Below, piece after piece: positions 38,176 to 48,849 of a DNA stretch of 57,504 nt. The stretch spans positions 3,728 to 61,231 of the forward strand of contig DTSY01000153.1 in assembly GCA_012965075.1 (NCBI GenBank), written 5' to 3'. The stretch's first letter is position 1; every line of letters begins with the position of its first letter. This DNA comes from Gammaproteobacteria bacterium (GTDB lineage: Bacteria > Pseudomonadota > Gammaproteobacteria > Magnimaribacterales > Magnimaribacteraceae). Both the position numbers and the translations under genes were made by a program. The notes beneath the pieces were generated by a model that worked only from the letters and a program-made list of their open reading frames with translations, was not told the DNA's origin and made no database searches.

Positions 38176-39045
38176 ATGGCAGAAAAGGAAAAAAGAATTT
38201 ACCCCGGAGAGCTTTTAAAAGAAGCAAGAAAGAAGAAAGGACGTAAATATAGAAAGCTATCTTCTGAATTAGGCATCCCTGAAAAATATCTAGAAGCTTT
38301 AGAGGAGAATAACTTCTCTATCATGGCTGGACCTACTTATGTAAGAGGGTACTTAAGAGCTTATGCAAAAAAATTAGATCTAGATCCAGAACTAGTAATA
38401 ACAGCTTTTGAAAGATACTTAAAAGATAGAAGAAAGCAAGAAAAGAGCTCTTTAAAAAAAGATAATAAGAAAGGTAGAAAACAGAAGTTTTCATTCTTAT
38501 ATGCAAGTATTCTTTTAGTTATTATCTTATTAATTATTTTTGTACCTGAAAGAAACACTGAAACTTCAGAGAATAAAGGAATTGATACCTACACTGAAGA
38601 GGAAATACCTGATTTCAAGGAGATCTTGCCTGGTCTAGAAGTTGAAAAGGAAGTAAATTTTGAACAAACTTCTTCAACAATTCCTCCAAATCTAACTATT
38701 TCAGAACTTTCTACTGATAAAGAAGCCTCAAGTGCTGTAATTGAAAAAGCAAATGACCAGATAATTGAGGCAATTAACACAATAGAGATGAATTTCTCTG
38801 GAGATTGCTGGATTGAGATAATGGATAACAATAGGAGATTAGAATACCAGTTAGCCAAAGCAGGCTCTTCAATTTATGTTAAAGGGGCAGGTCCGTTTAA
38901 GTTAATTATAGGAAACAGCAACAGAGTAGAGTTGTTTTACAATGGAGCAAAAATTAGCCTTGCCTCTACCACAAATGTTAAAACTAATGTAAGTTGTTTG
39001 GTCTTACCAAAAGGAAGATGTAGTGAATTTACCTTGCCAAATTAA
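38176..39045 (+). CDS. rodZ: cytoskeleton protein RodZ
   Basis: 289 aa. It has an N-terminal HTH ([13 protein letters not shown]....[18 protein letters not shown]), one central TM segment, and a C-terminal DUF4115-like beta domain. It lies directly upstream of ispG, as in E. coli and Pseudomonas. Confidence 0.75.
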   Translation: MAEKEKRIYPGELLKEARKKKGRKYRKLSSELGIPEKYLEALEENNFSIMAGPTYVRGYLRAYAKKLDLDPELVITAFERYLKDRRKQEKSSLKKDNKKGRKQKFSFLYASILLVIILLIIFVPERNTETSENKGIDTYTEEEIPDFKEILPGLEVEKEVNFEQTSSTIPPNLTISELSTDKEASSAVIEKANDQIIEAINTIEMNFSGDCWIEIMDNNRRLEYQLAKAGSSIYVKGAGPFKLIIGNSNRVELFYNGAKISLASTTNVKTNVSCLVLPKGRCSEFTLPN

Positions 39046-40138
39046 AAGAAGAAAATCTAAACAAATAATGGTTGGCAACGTTCCCATTGGCGGTGGTGCA
39101 CCTATATCTGTGCAAAGCATGACAAATACTGACACTCGAGATGTTAAGTCTACTCTAGCCCAAATTAACAGTCTTAAAGAAACGGGAGCTGACTTAGTAA
39201 GGGTTTCTGTACCCGATCAAGATTCTCTTGCAGCTTTTAAGAAGATAAAGAAAAAATCACAACTACCCCTTATAGCTGATATACATTTTGATCACAAACT
39301 TGCATTAGGAGCCATTAAGAATGGAGCTGATTGCTTGAGAATTAATCCAGGAAACATTGGAAAAAGAGAAAAGGTTGAAGAAGTAGTTTCTGCCGCTAAG
39401 GATTATGGGGTTCCCATTAGAATAGGAGTTAATGCAGGGTCTCTTGAAAAGAAGCTACAGAAGAAATATGGGGAACCAACAGCGGATGCATTAGTCGAGT
39501 CTGCCCTAAATCATGTTGAAATTTTAGAGTCTCTCGACTTCCAGAATTTTAAGCTGAGCATAAAAGCTTCAGATGTTTTTCTTACCATGGAAAGTTATAG
39601 AAAGATTTCAAAACTAATTGAACAACCTCTTCATTTGGGTATTACAGAGGCTGGAGGCTTTAGATCTGGTACGGTTAAATCTGCGGTAGGCCTAGGATCC
39701 TTATTACTTGATGGCATAGGAGATACCATTAGGATTTCTTTAGCTTCCGAGCCTGAAAACGAAATAAAGGTGGGTTTCGATATACTCAAAAGCCTGAAAC
39801 TAAGATCTAGAGGAATCAACTTTATTGCATGTCCTAGCTGTTCGAGGATGAATTTTGATGTCATAGGAACTATGAATCAACTAGAAAAACGCTTAGAAGA
39901 TGTCTCTGAAGATTTAGATGTAGCTGTAATTGGATGTTATGTAAATGGCCCTGGAGAATCTAAGCAAGTTTCTATTGGAGTTACTGGCGCTTCACCTAAA
40001 AACTTAATTTATATAGACGGTAAGCCTGATCATAAGATAGATAATGATAACTTGGTGGATCATTTAGAATCTCTAATTAGAGAAAAAATTAGCAAACAAA
40101 AAAATAATCAGAATACTGTTATCGCAAAATCAGATTAA
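39023..40138 (+). CDS. ispG: 4-hydroxy-3-methylbut-2-en-1-yl diphosphate synthase
   Basis: 371 aa with a GTG start. It has [41 protein letters not shown] and GC.VNGPGE. It overlaps rodZ by 23 nt. Confidence 0.95.
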   Translation: MNLPCQIKRRKSKQIMVGNVPIGGGAPISVQSMTNTDTRDVKSTLAQINSLKETGADLVRVSVPDQDSLAAFKKIKKKSQLPLIADIHFDHKLALGAIKNGADCLRINPGNIGKREKVEEVVSAAKDYGVPIRIGVNAGSLEKKLQKKYGEPTADALVESALNHVEILESLDFQNFKLSIKASDVFLTMESYRKISKLIEQPLHLGITEAGGFRSGTVKSAVGLGSLLLDGIGDTIRISLASEPENEIKVGFDILKSLKLRSRGINFIACPSCSRMNFDVIGTMNQLEKRLEDVSEDLDVAVIGCYVNGPGESKQVSIGVTGASPKNLIYIDGKPDHKIDNDNLVDHLESLIREKISKQKNNQNTVIAKSD

Positions 40139-40141
40139 GAA

Positions 40142-41413
40142 ATGGCTAAAATCAAATCCATAAGAGGGATGAATGATGTAACTCCAAAAGAAGTTGCAAT
40201 ATGGCAACTTGTGGAAAAAAGTATTCGCTCAGTCTTTAGCTCATACGGTTATGAAGAGATAAGGCTTCCTGTAGTCGAACAAACAGAATTGTTTGCAAGA
40301 TCAGTTGGGGATTCCTCTGATATTGTTTCAAAGGAAATGTACACATTTGAAGACAGAGGTGGAGACGGAATCTCTTTGAGGCCTGAAGGGACAGCTGGTT
40401 GCGTCAGAGCATGCATAGAAAATGATCTATTAAGGATTGATTCACCACGACTTTGGTATATGGGACCAATGTTTAGGTATGAAAGACCCCAGAAAGGTAG
40501 GTCCAGACAATTTCACCAGGCCAGCGCTGAAGTTTTTGGTATAGACCATCATAATGCTGATGCTGAACTAATGATGCTGGCTAAGAGTCTATGGACTGAT
40601 CTAGGTATAAGAAACAACGTCAATCTTGAAATTAATAGCTTAGGTAATTCAGAAACAAGAAAAAAATATAAAAGCCTTTTACACGAGTTCTTTAAAGGAT
40701 TTTCAAGTGAGTTGGATAAAGATTCTCAAAGGCAACTAAAAGAAAATCCTCTGAGAATTTTAGACTCAAAATCTGAAACAATAAAAGGTTTGTTAGCTGA
40801 TGTGCCTTCAATACTAGATCATCTTGATTCTGAATCTGAAGACCATTTTAATAAATTAAAAGATTTACTTACTCAGTCAAATATTGATTTTGAAGTAAAC
40901 GATAGGCTTGTAAGAGGACTAGATTATTACAACAAAACAGTATTTGAATGGAAAACGAAGGACTTAGGAGCTCAAGACACAGTATGTGGAGGAGGAAGGT
41001 ATGATGGTCTTGTGGAACAGCTAGGCGGGAAAAAGTGTCCTGCAACTGGTTTTTCTATAGGTTTAGAAAGGCTAGTTCTTCTAGTAAAAGAACACTCAAA
41101 AGATAATGGCCCTAGTACTAATAATTTAGATTGTAATTTTATCTGCTTAACTTCAGAGTCGATTTCTTATGCTCTACTAAATGCCGAGAAGATTAGAAAA
41201 GAGATTCCTTCTCTCAATTTGAAGGTAAACTTGCAAGCTACAAGTGCTAATTCTCAGTTCAAAAGAGCTGACAAGTCGGGATCAAAGATAGCTTTGATTG
41301 TTGGTGAAGAAGAGTTAAAGGATAATACAATCTCAATTAAGAATCTGAGAGGAAAAGAATCCCAAGAAACTCTTAGTTTGGATCAAGTTATAGAAACACT
41401 AAAAAAACTATAG
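40142..41413 (+). CDS. hisS: histidine--tRNA ligase
   Basis: 423 aa. It has GMNDV.P, LRPEGTA...R, MFRYERPQKGR.RQFHQ, RGLDYYN.TVFE and GGGRYD.L. Confidence 0.95.
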   Translation: MAKIKSIRGMNDVTPKEVAIWQLVEKSIRSVFSSYGYEEIRLPVVEQTELFARSVGDSSDIVSKEMYTFEDRGGDGISLRPEGTAGCVRACIENDLLRIDSPRLWYMGPMFRYERPQKGRSRQFHQASAEVFGIDHHNADAELMMLAKSLWTDLGIRNNVNLEINSLGNSETRKKYKSLLHEFFKGFSSELDKDSQRQLKENPLRILDSKSETIKGLLADVPSILDHLDSESEDHFNKLKDLLTQSNIDFEVNDRLVRGLDYYNKTVFEWKTKDLGAQDTVCGGGRYDGLVEQLGGKKCPATGFSIGLERLVLLVKEHSKDNGPSTNNLDCNFICLTSESISYALLNAEKIRKEIPSLNLKVNLQATSANSQFKRADKSGSKIALIVGEEELKDNTISIKNLRGKESQETLSLDQVIETLKKL

Positions 41414-41423
41414 TAATAATCAA

Positions 41424-42062
41424 ATGGTAAAGCTTTCTTCAACCGAAGAAGAGAATACAGAATTTCTGAGTTCATTATGGGGTAGTTATAAGTATCTGCT
41501 CTTGCTCTCGTTGATTTTGTTAGGTGGTGGAATTATAGGGTGGGAATATTGGTCTCAAAATAAAGTAACTAAGTTACAGGATTCTTCAGACATGTACGAA
41601 TCTTTTATAAATGCATTAAATGATAGTGAGTTAGATCAAAAGGTATTGGCTGAAGAGATAGTTCAAAAATACCCTAACAGCCTGTATGCAGATTTAGTAA
41701 CTTTTCATCTAGCTAAAATTTTTGTGGATCAAAACGATCTAAATAAAGCTGAAGAATACCTAAGATGGATTTTAGATAGGCACGATTCAAAATGGGGCTC
41801 AGATTTTGATCCAATTGAAGTTACAGCTAGATTAAGGCTAGCAAGAGTTTTAATAGCAAATGAGAATCCTGAAAAGGCTATAGAGGTAATTGAATTCTCT
41901 CAAAGCTTGAATGGTTCACTTTATGAAGTTAAAGGAGATGCAGAAGAACAACTGGGTCAGTTTTCTCAGGCTAAATTAAGCTATCTTAGGGCACTGGAAT
42001 CCACTCAAAGCCAGTCTATACAAGCTTTATTAAAAATGAAATTAGCCAACTTGGATAATTGA
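41424..42062 (+). CDS. yfgM: YfgM-like membrane-anchored TPR-like protein
   Basis: 212 aa. It has an N-terminal TM anchor followed by a helical-repeat domain. It occupies the conserved slot between hisS and bamB. Confidence 0.68.
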   Translation: MVKLSSTEEENTEFLSSLWGSYKYLLLLSLILLGGGIIGWEYWSQNKVTKLQDSSDMYESFINALNDSELDQKVLAEEIVQKYPNSLYADLVTFHLAKIFVDQNDLNKAEEYLRWILDRHDSKWGSDFDPIEVTARLRLARVLIANENPEKAIEVIEFSQSLNGSLYEVKGDAEEQLGQFSQAKLSYLRALESTQSQSIQALLKMKLANLDN

Positions 42063-42063
42063 T

Positions 42064-43227
42064 ATGCATAGGATTACAAAACTTTTTACAATTTTTTTAT
42101 TACTAGTAACTTTAAGCAGTTGTTCCTCTCTCAGTTGGTTGAAGTTTTGGGGAGATGATGAGGATGAGATTGAATTACCTGCCATCTTAGACGAAATTAC
42201 AAAGAAAGTGATCATAAATAGCCTTTGGGAAGTGAAAGTGGGGAAGGAGAAACCGGTAGGAAGAATTTTACCTTCTATCAGTGGAGACAAAGTTTTTTAC
42301 ATAAATCCAGAAGGAGAACTATTTGCTTTCGAGAAAAGTACTGGAAGAAAGCTATGGGAAAGGGAAACAAATGATCAAGCTTCAGGAGGCATAGAGTCTG
42401 CTTTTAGAAAGATTATTTACGCTACTTTGGATGGTGAGGTGGTAATTTTGAACCAAGAAAATGGTCAAGAGATATGGAGGGCTCAAACAACAAGTGAAAT
42501 ACTCTCTTCCCCAGTTACAAATGGAAGCGTTGTCGTTGCTCAAGGGGCTGATGGCAGTGTGGCGGCATTTGATTTAGATACAGGTGAACAGAACTGGATA
42601 CACCAAGTTTCTGTGCCCAACTTAAGCCTTCGGGGTACTTCTACTCCTATCTTAAGACAGGGTTTTATTTTTACTGGATTTGCAAACGGTACAGTGGCAA
42701 TGATTTATCCAGAATCTGGATCTGTAAGGTTGGAGCTTCCTATTACTATAAATGAAGCTGCTTCAGAGTTAGAAAGAATTGTAGATATAGACGGGAAGGT
42801 AGTGGTAGCAAATAATCTATTTGTTGCAGCTTCTTACCAGGGCCATATAACTGCAATAGATTTGCAGCAAGGTAAGCCAATCTGGCAAGAAAAGATCTCT
42901 ACCACCAAAGATTTAGTAGAGGCTAGATCTAGAGTAGTAGCCATAGACGATAAGGACATTGTGAAAGCTTTTGGTTTATCTTCTGGAGTAATTTTATGGC
43001 AACAAGAGGGTTTAAAATTGAGAGGCCTAACTTCACCAGTAAATATTAGAGGTAATATTGCTGTAGGAGATTTTGAAGGCTACATTCATATTTTAAATGC
43101 TGGTGATGGTTCATTTTTAGGCAGATCCCAGATATCCAAGAATCCAATTTTAGAAATTGTTTCCGAAGGAGATAAGTTGGCTGTAACCGATGAAAAGGGA
43201 AGGCTATTTTTCTTATCTCTAAAATAA
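42064..43227 (+). CDS. bamB: outer membrane protein assembly factor BamB
   Basis: 387 aa with a lipobox (LSSCSS). It has PQQ-like beta-propeller repeats (G.v.A.d...G...W). It follows the yfgM-bamB-der order. Confidence 0.85.
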   Translation: MHRITKLFTIFLLLVTLSSCSSLSWLKFWGDDEDEIELPAILDEITKKVIINSLWEVKVGKEKPVGRILPSISGDKVFYINPEGELFAFEKSTGRKLWERETNDQASGGIESAFRKIIYATLDGEVVILNQENGQEIWRAQTTSEILSSPVTNGSVVVAQGADGSVAAFDLDTGEQNWIHQVSVPNLSLRGTSTPILRQGFIFTGFANGTVAMIYPESGSVRLELPITINEAASELERIVDIDGKVVVANNLFVAASYQGHITAIDLQQGKPIWQEKISTTKDLVEARSRVVAIDDKDIVKAFGLSSGVILWQQEGLKLRGLTSPVNIRGNIAVGDFEGYIHILNAGDGSFLGRSQISKNPILEIVSEGDKLAVTDEKGRLFFLSLK

Positions 43228-43269
43228 ATCTTTATAATTACAAATTTTTAGGGGAGAGCAGGTCTGGTC

Positions 43270-44640
43270 ATGTCTTGTATAGTAGCTATTGTTGGAAGGC
43301 CTAATGTAGGTAAATCCAGTTTATTTAATATATTAACTGGGTCTAGAGCTGCACTAGTAGCTAATTTTTCAGGATTAACTCGAGATAGGCAATACGGAAG
43401 AGATCTCAAATCGTCGGCCATACTAATTGACACAGGGGGCATAGGAAAGGATTCTTCTGATCTTAGTAAAGATGTAATCAAACAAACAAATCTAGCAATT
43501 GAAGAGGCTGATATTCTCTTTTTTATGGTTGATGGAAAGGATGGATTAATGCCTTTAGATGAGGAGATAGCTAAGAAGTTAAGGAAAAGGAATAAGCCAG
43601 TTAGGTTAATAGTAAATAAAATAGACAACGCAAAAGATCTAGAAGGGAGTTTTGAATTTGATCAGTTAGGATTCAAAGATAAAGCTGTAGTTTCTACAGC
43701 TCATAACTTGGGCTTAGATGCCCTAAAAAAAGCTTTACTAGAAATATCTCCGGTAGCTGAACCCATCCAAGAAAAAAGAAATGACCTGAGGATTTCTATA
43801 TTAGGTCGACCTAATGTTGGAAAATCAACTTTAATAAACAAATTATCTGGGTTTGAAAGAGTGTTAGTGTCCTCAGAATCTGGCACTACCAGGGATTCAA
43901 TTGAAGTACCCGTTAAAGAAAGAGAAATAACCCTCATAGATACAGCTGGAGTTAGAAAAAAGAGTGTGTCTAAGGGTAAGGTTGAACAATTTTCAATTTC
44001 TCAATCAATTGAAGCAATTAAGAAGTCCAATGTAGTCATTCATATCTTGGATGCTGTAGAACCTTTAGTTGACCAGGATATGCATCTACTAGGTCTAGCA
44101 CTTTCAATAGGAAAGCCTGTCCTCATTGTTGCCAATAAAATTGATTTATTAAATAAAGAAGAATTAGCTAACTTAACTGATCATATTTTTAGAAGGTTGA
44201 GCTTTGCGAAATTTGTTGGGGTTAGTTTAATTTCAGCAAAAGAAGGTAAGGGTCTAAAGAAATTATTGAATTTAGCCGAAGAAGCTTACTTGGCAACCAG
44301 CAAAGATTTTAGTACTTCTGTTCTTAATAAAATTTTAAATGAAGCTATAAAAAAACAACCTCCTCCATTGATTGGGAGGTTCAGGCCTAAGATGAGGTAT
44401 ATCCATCAGGGTGGAAAGAATCCCCCTTTATTTATTATTCATGGTAAAAACTTGAAAAAACTATCTTCATCTTATAAAAAATACATGGAAAATTATTTTA
44501 GAGAACACTTAAAACTAAGATCTACTCCTTTAATCATCGATTTTCTTGAAAGTGAAAATCCTTATAAAGATAAACCTAACGTATTAAGCGGTAGACAAAA
44601 AAAGAAAAGAAAAAGAATAATTAAAAGAAGTAAAAAATAA
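43270..44640 (+). CDS. der: ribosome biogenesis GTPase Der (EngA)
   Basis: 456 aa. It has two GTPase domains (GRPNVGKSSLFN / DTGG / NKID, and GRPNVGKSTLIN / DTAG / NKID), a KH-like domain and a basic C-terminal tail. Confidence 0.95.
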   Translation: MSCIVAIVGRPNVGKSSLFNILTGSRAALVANFSGLTRDRQYGRDLKSSAILIDTGGIGKDSSDLSKDVIKQTNLAIEEADILFFMVDGKDGLMPLDEEIAKKLRKRNKPVRLIVNKIDNAKDLEGSFEFDQLGFKDKAVVSTAHNLGLDALKKALLEISPVAEPIQEKRNDLRISILGRPNVGKSTLINKLSGFERVLVSSESGTTRDSIEVPVKEREITLIDTAGVRKKSVSKGKVEQFSISQSIEAIKKSNVVIHILDAVEPLVDQDMHLLGLALSIGKPVLIVANKIDLLNKEELANLTDHIFRRLSFAKFVGVSLISAKEGKGLKKLLNLAEEAYLATSKDFSTSVLNKILNEAIKKQPPPLIGRFRPKMRYIHQGGKNPPLFIIHGKNLKKLSSSYKKYMENYFREHLKLRSTPLIIDFLESENPYKDKPNVLSGRQKKKRKRIIKRSKK

Positions 44641-46781
44641 TGAGAAGCAATAACAATAAACTTATCTTTTTTCTGTTAGTCTGTTTTCTTTTTATTGGCT
44701 CTAATGAATTACAAGTAAGAGATTTGAAAGAATTGAATCCTCCTAACCCAAAAAAAGAAGCAGTAAAATTTGAGTCGCATGGCGTAATAAGAGTTGATGA
44801 TTATTACTGGATGAGGGATGACACAAGAAAAAAACCCGAAGTAATAGATCATCTAAAATCAGAGAATAAATTTCTTGAACAATGGTTTGAGACAGGTCTA
44901 GATCAGCGAGATCAGCTTTTCGAAGAAATAACTTCAAGGATACCTAAAAAAGAAGACTCCGTTCCTATCCCCTTGGGATCCTACGAATATTTCAGAAGGT
45001 ATGAGCCTGAGAATGAGCACGCCATCTATATTCGCAGGAAGCTTAACTCAAAGAAGGAAGAGATAATCTTAGACGTCAATAAATTGGCAGGAAAATCTGA
45101 ATTCTATAATTTGTCGAATTGGAGCATCTCCCCTTCAGAAGATTTAATGGCTTTAGCCGAAGATATCACAGGAAGAAGAAAGTATGAGGTTAGGATAAAA
45201 AACCTGAACTCTGGTAAATTTTTCAATGATAGTATCAAGAATACTTCTGGGGATATGGCCTGGTCTCTTGATGGTCAATATTTGTTTTATGTTTTGAGGG
45301 CACCAAAGACTCTTCTCCCCTTTAAAGTCTATAGACATAAACTTGGAGAGAGGCAATCCGAAGACCATTTGGTTTACCAAGAAAAAGATACCACTTTCAA
45401 CGTAACGCTTGGGAATTCTCGTTCCATGAAATACATTGAAATAAATGTTTCAAGTACCACCAGTTCCGAAACACTTTTAATTGATTCAAATTTTCCAGAA
45501 AGTTCACCAATAAAAATTTTGGCTCGAGAAGAAGACCATCTTTATTCCATCGAGGATGATTCTGAAAGGTTACTTATACTGACTAATTGGAAAGCTAAAA
45601 ACTTTAGACTTATGGAAACGAATCTAAAGAACTCTTCAACCAAGAAAAATTGGAAAGAATTAGTACCCCATAGAGAGGATGTCTTGTTGCAGTCTTTTCT
45701 GGCTTATCCTTTAAACATAGTCTTATTGGAGAGAGAGCAGGGATTGAGACAAATTAGAATTATGGACAGGAAGGGACAGTTCATAAGGAAGATCAAATTT
45801 AATGATCCTGCTTATTCAACTTACTTCGCATCAAATCCTGAGTATGAAAGTAAGAAAATGTATTTTGGTTATACAAGCATGCGAACTCCAGATAGTATTT
45901 ATTCTTATAACCTAGCGACAGGCAGAAGAAAGCTATTAAAACAATTAGAAGTCTTGGGGACGTTTTCTCCTAGTACTTACAAAGTCGAAAGGAAAAATAT
46001 TAAGGTTAGAGATGGAACTCTGGTACCTGTTTCTTTGGTTTATAGAAGAGATAAATTTAAAAAAGGTAAAAATCCTCTTTTCGTTTACGGCTATGGCTCT
46101 TATGGATATTCAGTTGATCCAGGATTTAATTCCAACAGGTTATCTCTTTTAGACAGAGGATTTGTTTTTACCATTGCTCATGTTCGAGGAGGGCAGGAAC
46201 TCGGAAGGCAATGGTATGAAGATGGAAAGATGTTTAATAAATTAAATACTTTCTATGATTTTATTGATGTAACCAAAGGACTTATAAAACAAGGCTATGC
46301 GGATACTGAACGAGTCTATGCTGCAGGAGGGAGTGCAGGAGGTCTCTTAATTGGTGCTGTTCTTAATATGGAGCCTGAACTTTATAATGGAGTAATTGCA
46401 AATGTGCCTTTCGTAGATGTAATAACAACTATGTCTGATCCTTCAATTCCACTAACCACAGGAGAATATGATGAGTGGGGGAACCCCGAGAACAAGGATG
46501 AGTTTGAATACATTATGCAATATTCCCCTTATGACAATATCGACCATCTTCAGTACCCAAGCATTCTAGTCACAGCAGGGTTATGGGACTCTCAGGTGCA
46601 ATATTACGAACCTGCAAAATACGTTGCAAAATTAAGAGAATTTAATCAGTCAACTCATCCAATCTTAATGAAAGTAAATCTTTCTGCGGGCCATAGTGGT
46701 CTCAGTGGTAGATTTGCAAGCCTAGCAGAAGTGGCTATGGAATACGCTTTTTTGTTACGCATTGATAAAGAAAAAAGGTAG
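44640..46781 (+). CDS. ptrB: S9A-family serine peptidase (oligopeptidase B / protease II-like), probably exported
   Basis: 713 aa. The start overlaps the der stop as TAATG. It has an N-terminal hydrophobic signal-like segment, a propeller domain, and a catalytic domain with GGSAGGLL (nucleophile Ser), downstream Asp, and GHSG (His). Confidence 0.82.
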   Translation: MRSNNNKLIFFLLVCFLFIGSNELQVRDLKELNPPNPKKEAVKFESHGVIRVDDYYWMRDDTRKKPEVIDHLKSENKFLEQWFETGLDQRDQLFEEITSRIPKKEDSVPIPLGSYEYFRRYEPENEHAIYIRRKLNSKKEEIILDVNKLAGKSEFYNLSNWSISPSEDLMALAEDITGRRKYEVRIKNLNSGKFFNDSIKNTSGDMAWSLDGQYLFYVLRAPKTLLPFKVYRHKLGERQSEDHLVYQEKDTTFNVTLGNSRSMKYIEINVSSTTSSETLLIDSNFPESSPIKILAREEDHLYSIEDDSERLLILTNWKAKNFRLMETNLKNSSTKKNWKELVPHREDVLLQSFLAYPLNIVLLEREQGLRQIRIMDRKGQFIRKIKFNDPAYSTYFASNPEYESKKMYFGYTSMRTPDSIYSYNLATGRRKLLKQLEVLGTFSPSTYKVERKNIKVRDGTLVPVSLVYRRDKFKKGKNPLFVYGYGSYGYSVDPGFNSNRLSLLDRGFVFTIAHVRGGQELGRQWYEDGKMFNKLNTFYDFIDVTKGLIKQGYADTERVYAAGGSAGGLLIGAVLNMEPELYNGVIANVPFVDVITTMSDPSIPLTTGEYDEWGNPENKDEFEYIMQYSPYDNIDHLQYPSILVTAGLWDSQVQYYEPAKYVAKLREFNQSTHPILMKVNLSAGHSGLSGRFASLAEVAMEYAFLLRIDKEKR

Positions 46782-46838
46782 AAGCTTATTAGTTCAGAAA
46801 AAAGAAACAAGAGAGTAATAGCTCTGTTAATTCCTACT

Positions 46839-48038
46839 GTGATTTTTGTAAGCATGGGTCAATCAGTCTATTGGCAAACCATGCCTTTAATAGGGAGAGA
46901 ATTGGGTTTTAGTGTTAAATTGATTACTTCTTTAGTTTCTTTCTCAGCTTTAATGTTTCTTATTTTCACTCCTTATTGGGGCAGGTTGAGTGATAAAAAA
47001 GGAAGAAAATTTGTACTTTTAATTGGATTGGTCGGATACATAGCTTCAACCCTTCTTTTTTGTTGGATAGCTTATTTAGGACTGATAGGTTATTTCACCT
47101 TTACTGCTCTTATTTTCTTTTTGCTTGTGGCGCGTGTGATTAATTCTGCACTGGGTGCTGGTATGAGACCAGCAACAGGGGCTACAGTTGCTGATGTTAC
47201 GACAGAAGAAAATAGATCAGCTGGTATGGGGCAATTTGGGGCGGCCAATAATGTAGGGACTATTCTCGGACCAGTCTTAGTTTCGTTCATTGCTTTTCTT
47301 ATAGCCAACACTGCCATTTTTCCAGCTTCGCTAGAGCCATATGGTCGTCTAATTCCTCTTTTGTTTATGTCATTTCTTATGATGATGGCATTAGTATTTG
47401 TTTATTTTTATTTACCAGAATCATTAGTAAAACAAGAAGCTAACAGCTCAGGGCAAGGTTTTAATTTTGATAAATCAAATCTGATGTTAATTTCAACTGG
47501 GGTTTTGATTTTTTCATCTTTTGCAATTATTCAATCCATTTCTGCTTTTTATCTACAGGATACTTTCTCTCTCTCGATTTTAGCAACGCAACAAAGTCTA
47601 GGTATAGCCTTAGGGTTTATGGCTCTTACCTCAATAGTTGCGCAGCTAACAATTGTTCAAAAAATAAAAATTCCCCCTATTAAGCTAGTTCAATGGTCAA
47701 CTCCTTTCTTTATATTAGGCACATTGGTGGCCGTGTATGCTGATAATTTCAATATTTACGTCCTCGGCATGTCAATAATAGGCCTTGGCATGGGTTTAGG
47801 TACACCAGGGTACACAGCAGCGGCTTCTCTAAATGCTGATTCAGAGAGCCAGGGAGCAGCTGTAGGTTTAGCTATGGTTGCTCCTGGATTGGGGTTTTCT
47901 ATAGGCCCCCTTTTAGGGGGTTTTCTATACGAATCTTCTCCATCACTTCCTTTCCTAGCCATTCTTCCTATCTTTGTTCTAGTCTTCTTAATTGCTTCAT
48001 ACATTAATAAAAGTCTGGCGGCAGGCAAAACTTTATAG
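46839..48038 (+). CDS. MFS transporter
   Basis: The hydrophobic profile has about 12 TM segments. The MFS motif A is WGRLSDKKGRKF. The first TM looks truncated at GTG 46839. The frame is open upstream to the ptrB stop (..KRNKRVIALLIPT..) but has no canonical start there. Confidence 0.8.
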   Translation: MIFVSMGQSVYWQTMPLIGRELGFSVKLITSLVSFSALMFLIFTPYWGRLSDKKGRKFVLLIGLVGYIASTLLFCWIAYLGLIGYFTFTALIFFLLVARVINSALGAGMRPATGATVADVTTEENRSAGMGQFGAANNVGTILGPVLVSFIAFLIANTAIFPASLEPYGRLIPLLFMSFLMMMALVFVYFYLPESLVKQEANSSGQGFNFDKSNLMLISTGVLIFSSFAIIQSISAFYLQDTFSLSILATQQSLGIALGFMALTSIVAQLTIVQKIKIPPIKLVQWSTPFFILGTLVAVYADNFNIYVLGMSIIGLGMGLGTPGYTAAASLNADSESQGAAVGLAMVAPGLGFSIGPLLGGFLYESSPSLPFLAILPIFVLVFLIASYINKSLAAGKTL

Positions 48039-48101
48039 CATTCGCTTTATTGCCAAATTATAATTACGCTGTTCCCAGCCCATGACAGCTTAGAAAGCCT
48101 T

Positions 48102-48491
48102 ATGAAAGAAAAAGACAACCGTCCAGTTTATTTAAACCCCTTGGCAACAGATCTCCCAATCATTGGGGTATCTTCAATACTTCATAGGATATCGGGATTT
48201 TCTTTATTTTCTATTTTTCTTGTTTCGGTATGGATGCTAGACAGGTCATTATCTTCTGAACAAGAGTTTATAACTCTAGTGAAAGATTTGAATAATCTAT
48301 TTGTTTTGAAATTAATATTTTACTTATTTTTAGTTGGCCTTCTTTACCATTCTCTATTAGGGATAAAGAAACTAATGTCCGATGCCTTTGGAATAGGAGA
48401 AGAGCTTAAGTCAGGTACTTTGATTTCTTGGAGCTTCAATTTAATTTTTCTGTTTATAGCAGTTTTCTTATTTAGTAAATTATTTATTTAA
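48102..48491 (+). CDS. sdhC: succinate dehydrogenase cytochrome b556 subunit
   Basis: 129 aa and three TM segments. It has RPVYLN....P....SILHRISG (haem-ligand His region). It is the first gene of sdhCDAB. Confidence 0.82.
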   Translation: MKEKDNRPVYLNPLATDLPIIGVSSILHRISGFSLFSIFLVSVWMLDRSLSSEQEFITLVKDLNNLFVLKLIFYLFLVGLLYHSLLGIKKLMSDAFGIGEELKSGTLISWSFNLIFLFIAVFLFSKLFI

Positions 48492-48492
48492 C

Positions 48493-48843
48493 ATGAAGGG
48501 AATATTTGGGTCCGGGACCAATGACTTTTTGGCAGTAAGAATAAGTTCACTAATTCTATTGTCTTATTTCCTATATTTAACTTTTTTTGTCATTAGTAAT
48601 GCACCAATAAATTTTGATCTGTGGAATGGTTTATTCGAGAATGTAGTTATGAAGATATTTACTACTTTATTTCTTTTGTCTTTCGGTATTCATACCTGGA
48701 TAGGCACTTGGGCTATTGGAAGTGATTATTTAACTTTGGCTAGGTTGGGGGGCATGGGGCTTAACATCAACAAGTTTTATAGAATGGTTTGTGCTCTGAT
48801 AATAAGTTGCGTAACTGTTTGGTCATTATTGATTATTTGGTAA
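48493..48843 (+). CDS. sdhD: succinate dehydrogenase hydrophobic membrane anchor subunit
   Basis: 116 aa and three TM segments, with a conserved H.W.G region (GIHTWIGTW). Its position is between sdhC and sdhA. Confidence 0.78.
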   Translation: MKGIFGSGTNDFLAVRISSLILLSYFLYLTFFVISNAPINFDLWNGLFENVVMKIFTTLFLLSFGIHTWIGTWAIGSDYLTLARLGGMGLNINKFYRMVCALIISCVTVWSLLIIW

Positions 48844-48849
48844 AGGATT

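Noticed and set aside
43248-43628. 126-aa ORF antisense to the der 5' region. Similar shadow ORFs lie at 53762-54142, 33398-33802, 4965-5258 and 49006-49335.
   Set aside because: All overlap strongly supported housekeeping CDS on the other strand. None has a plausible RBS or family signature. Treated as shadow ORFs.
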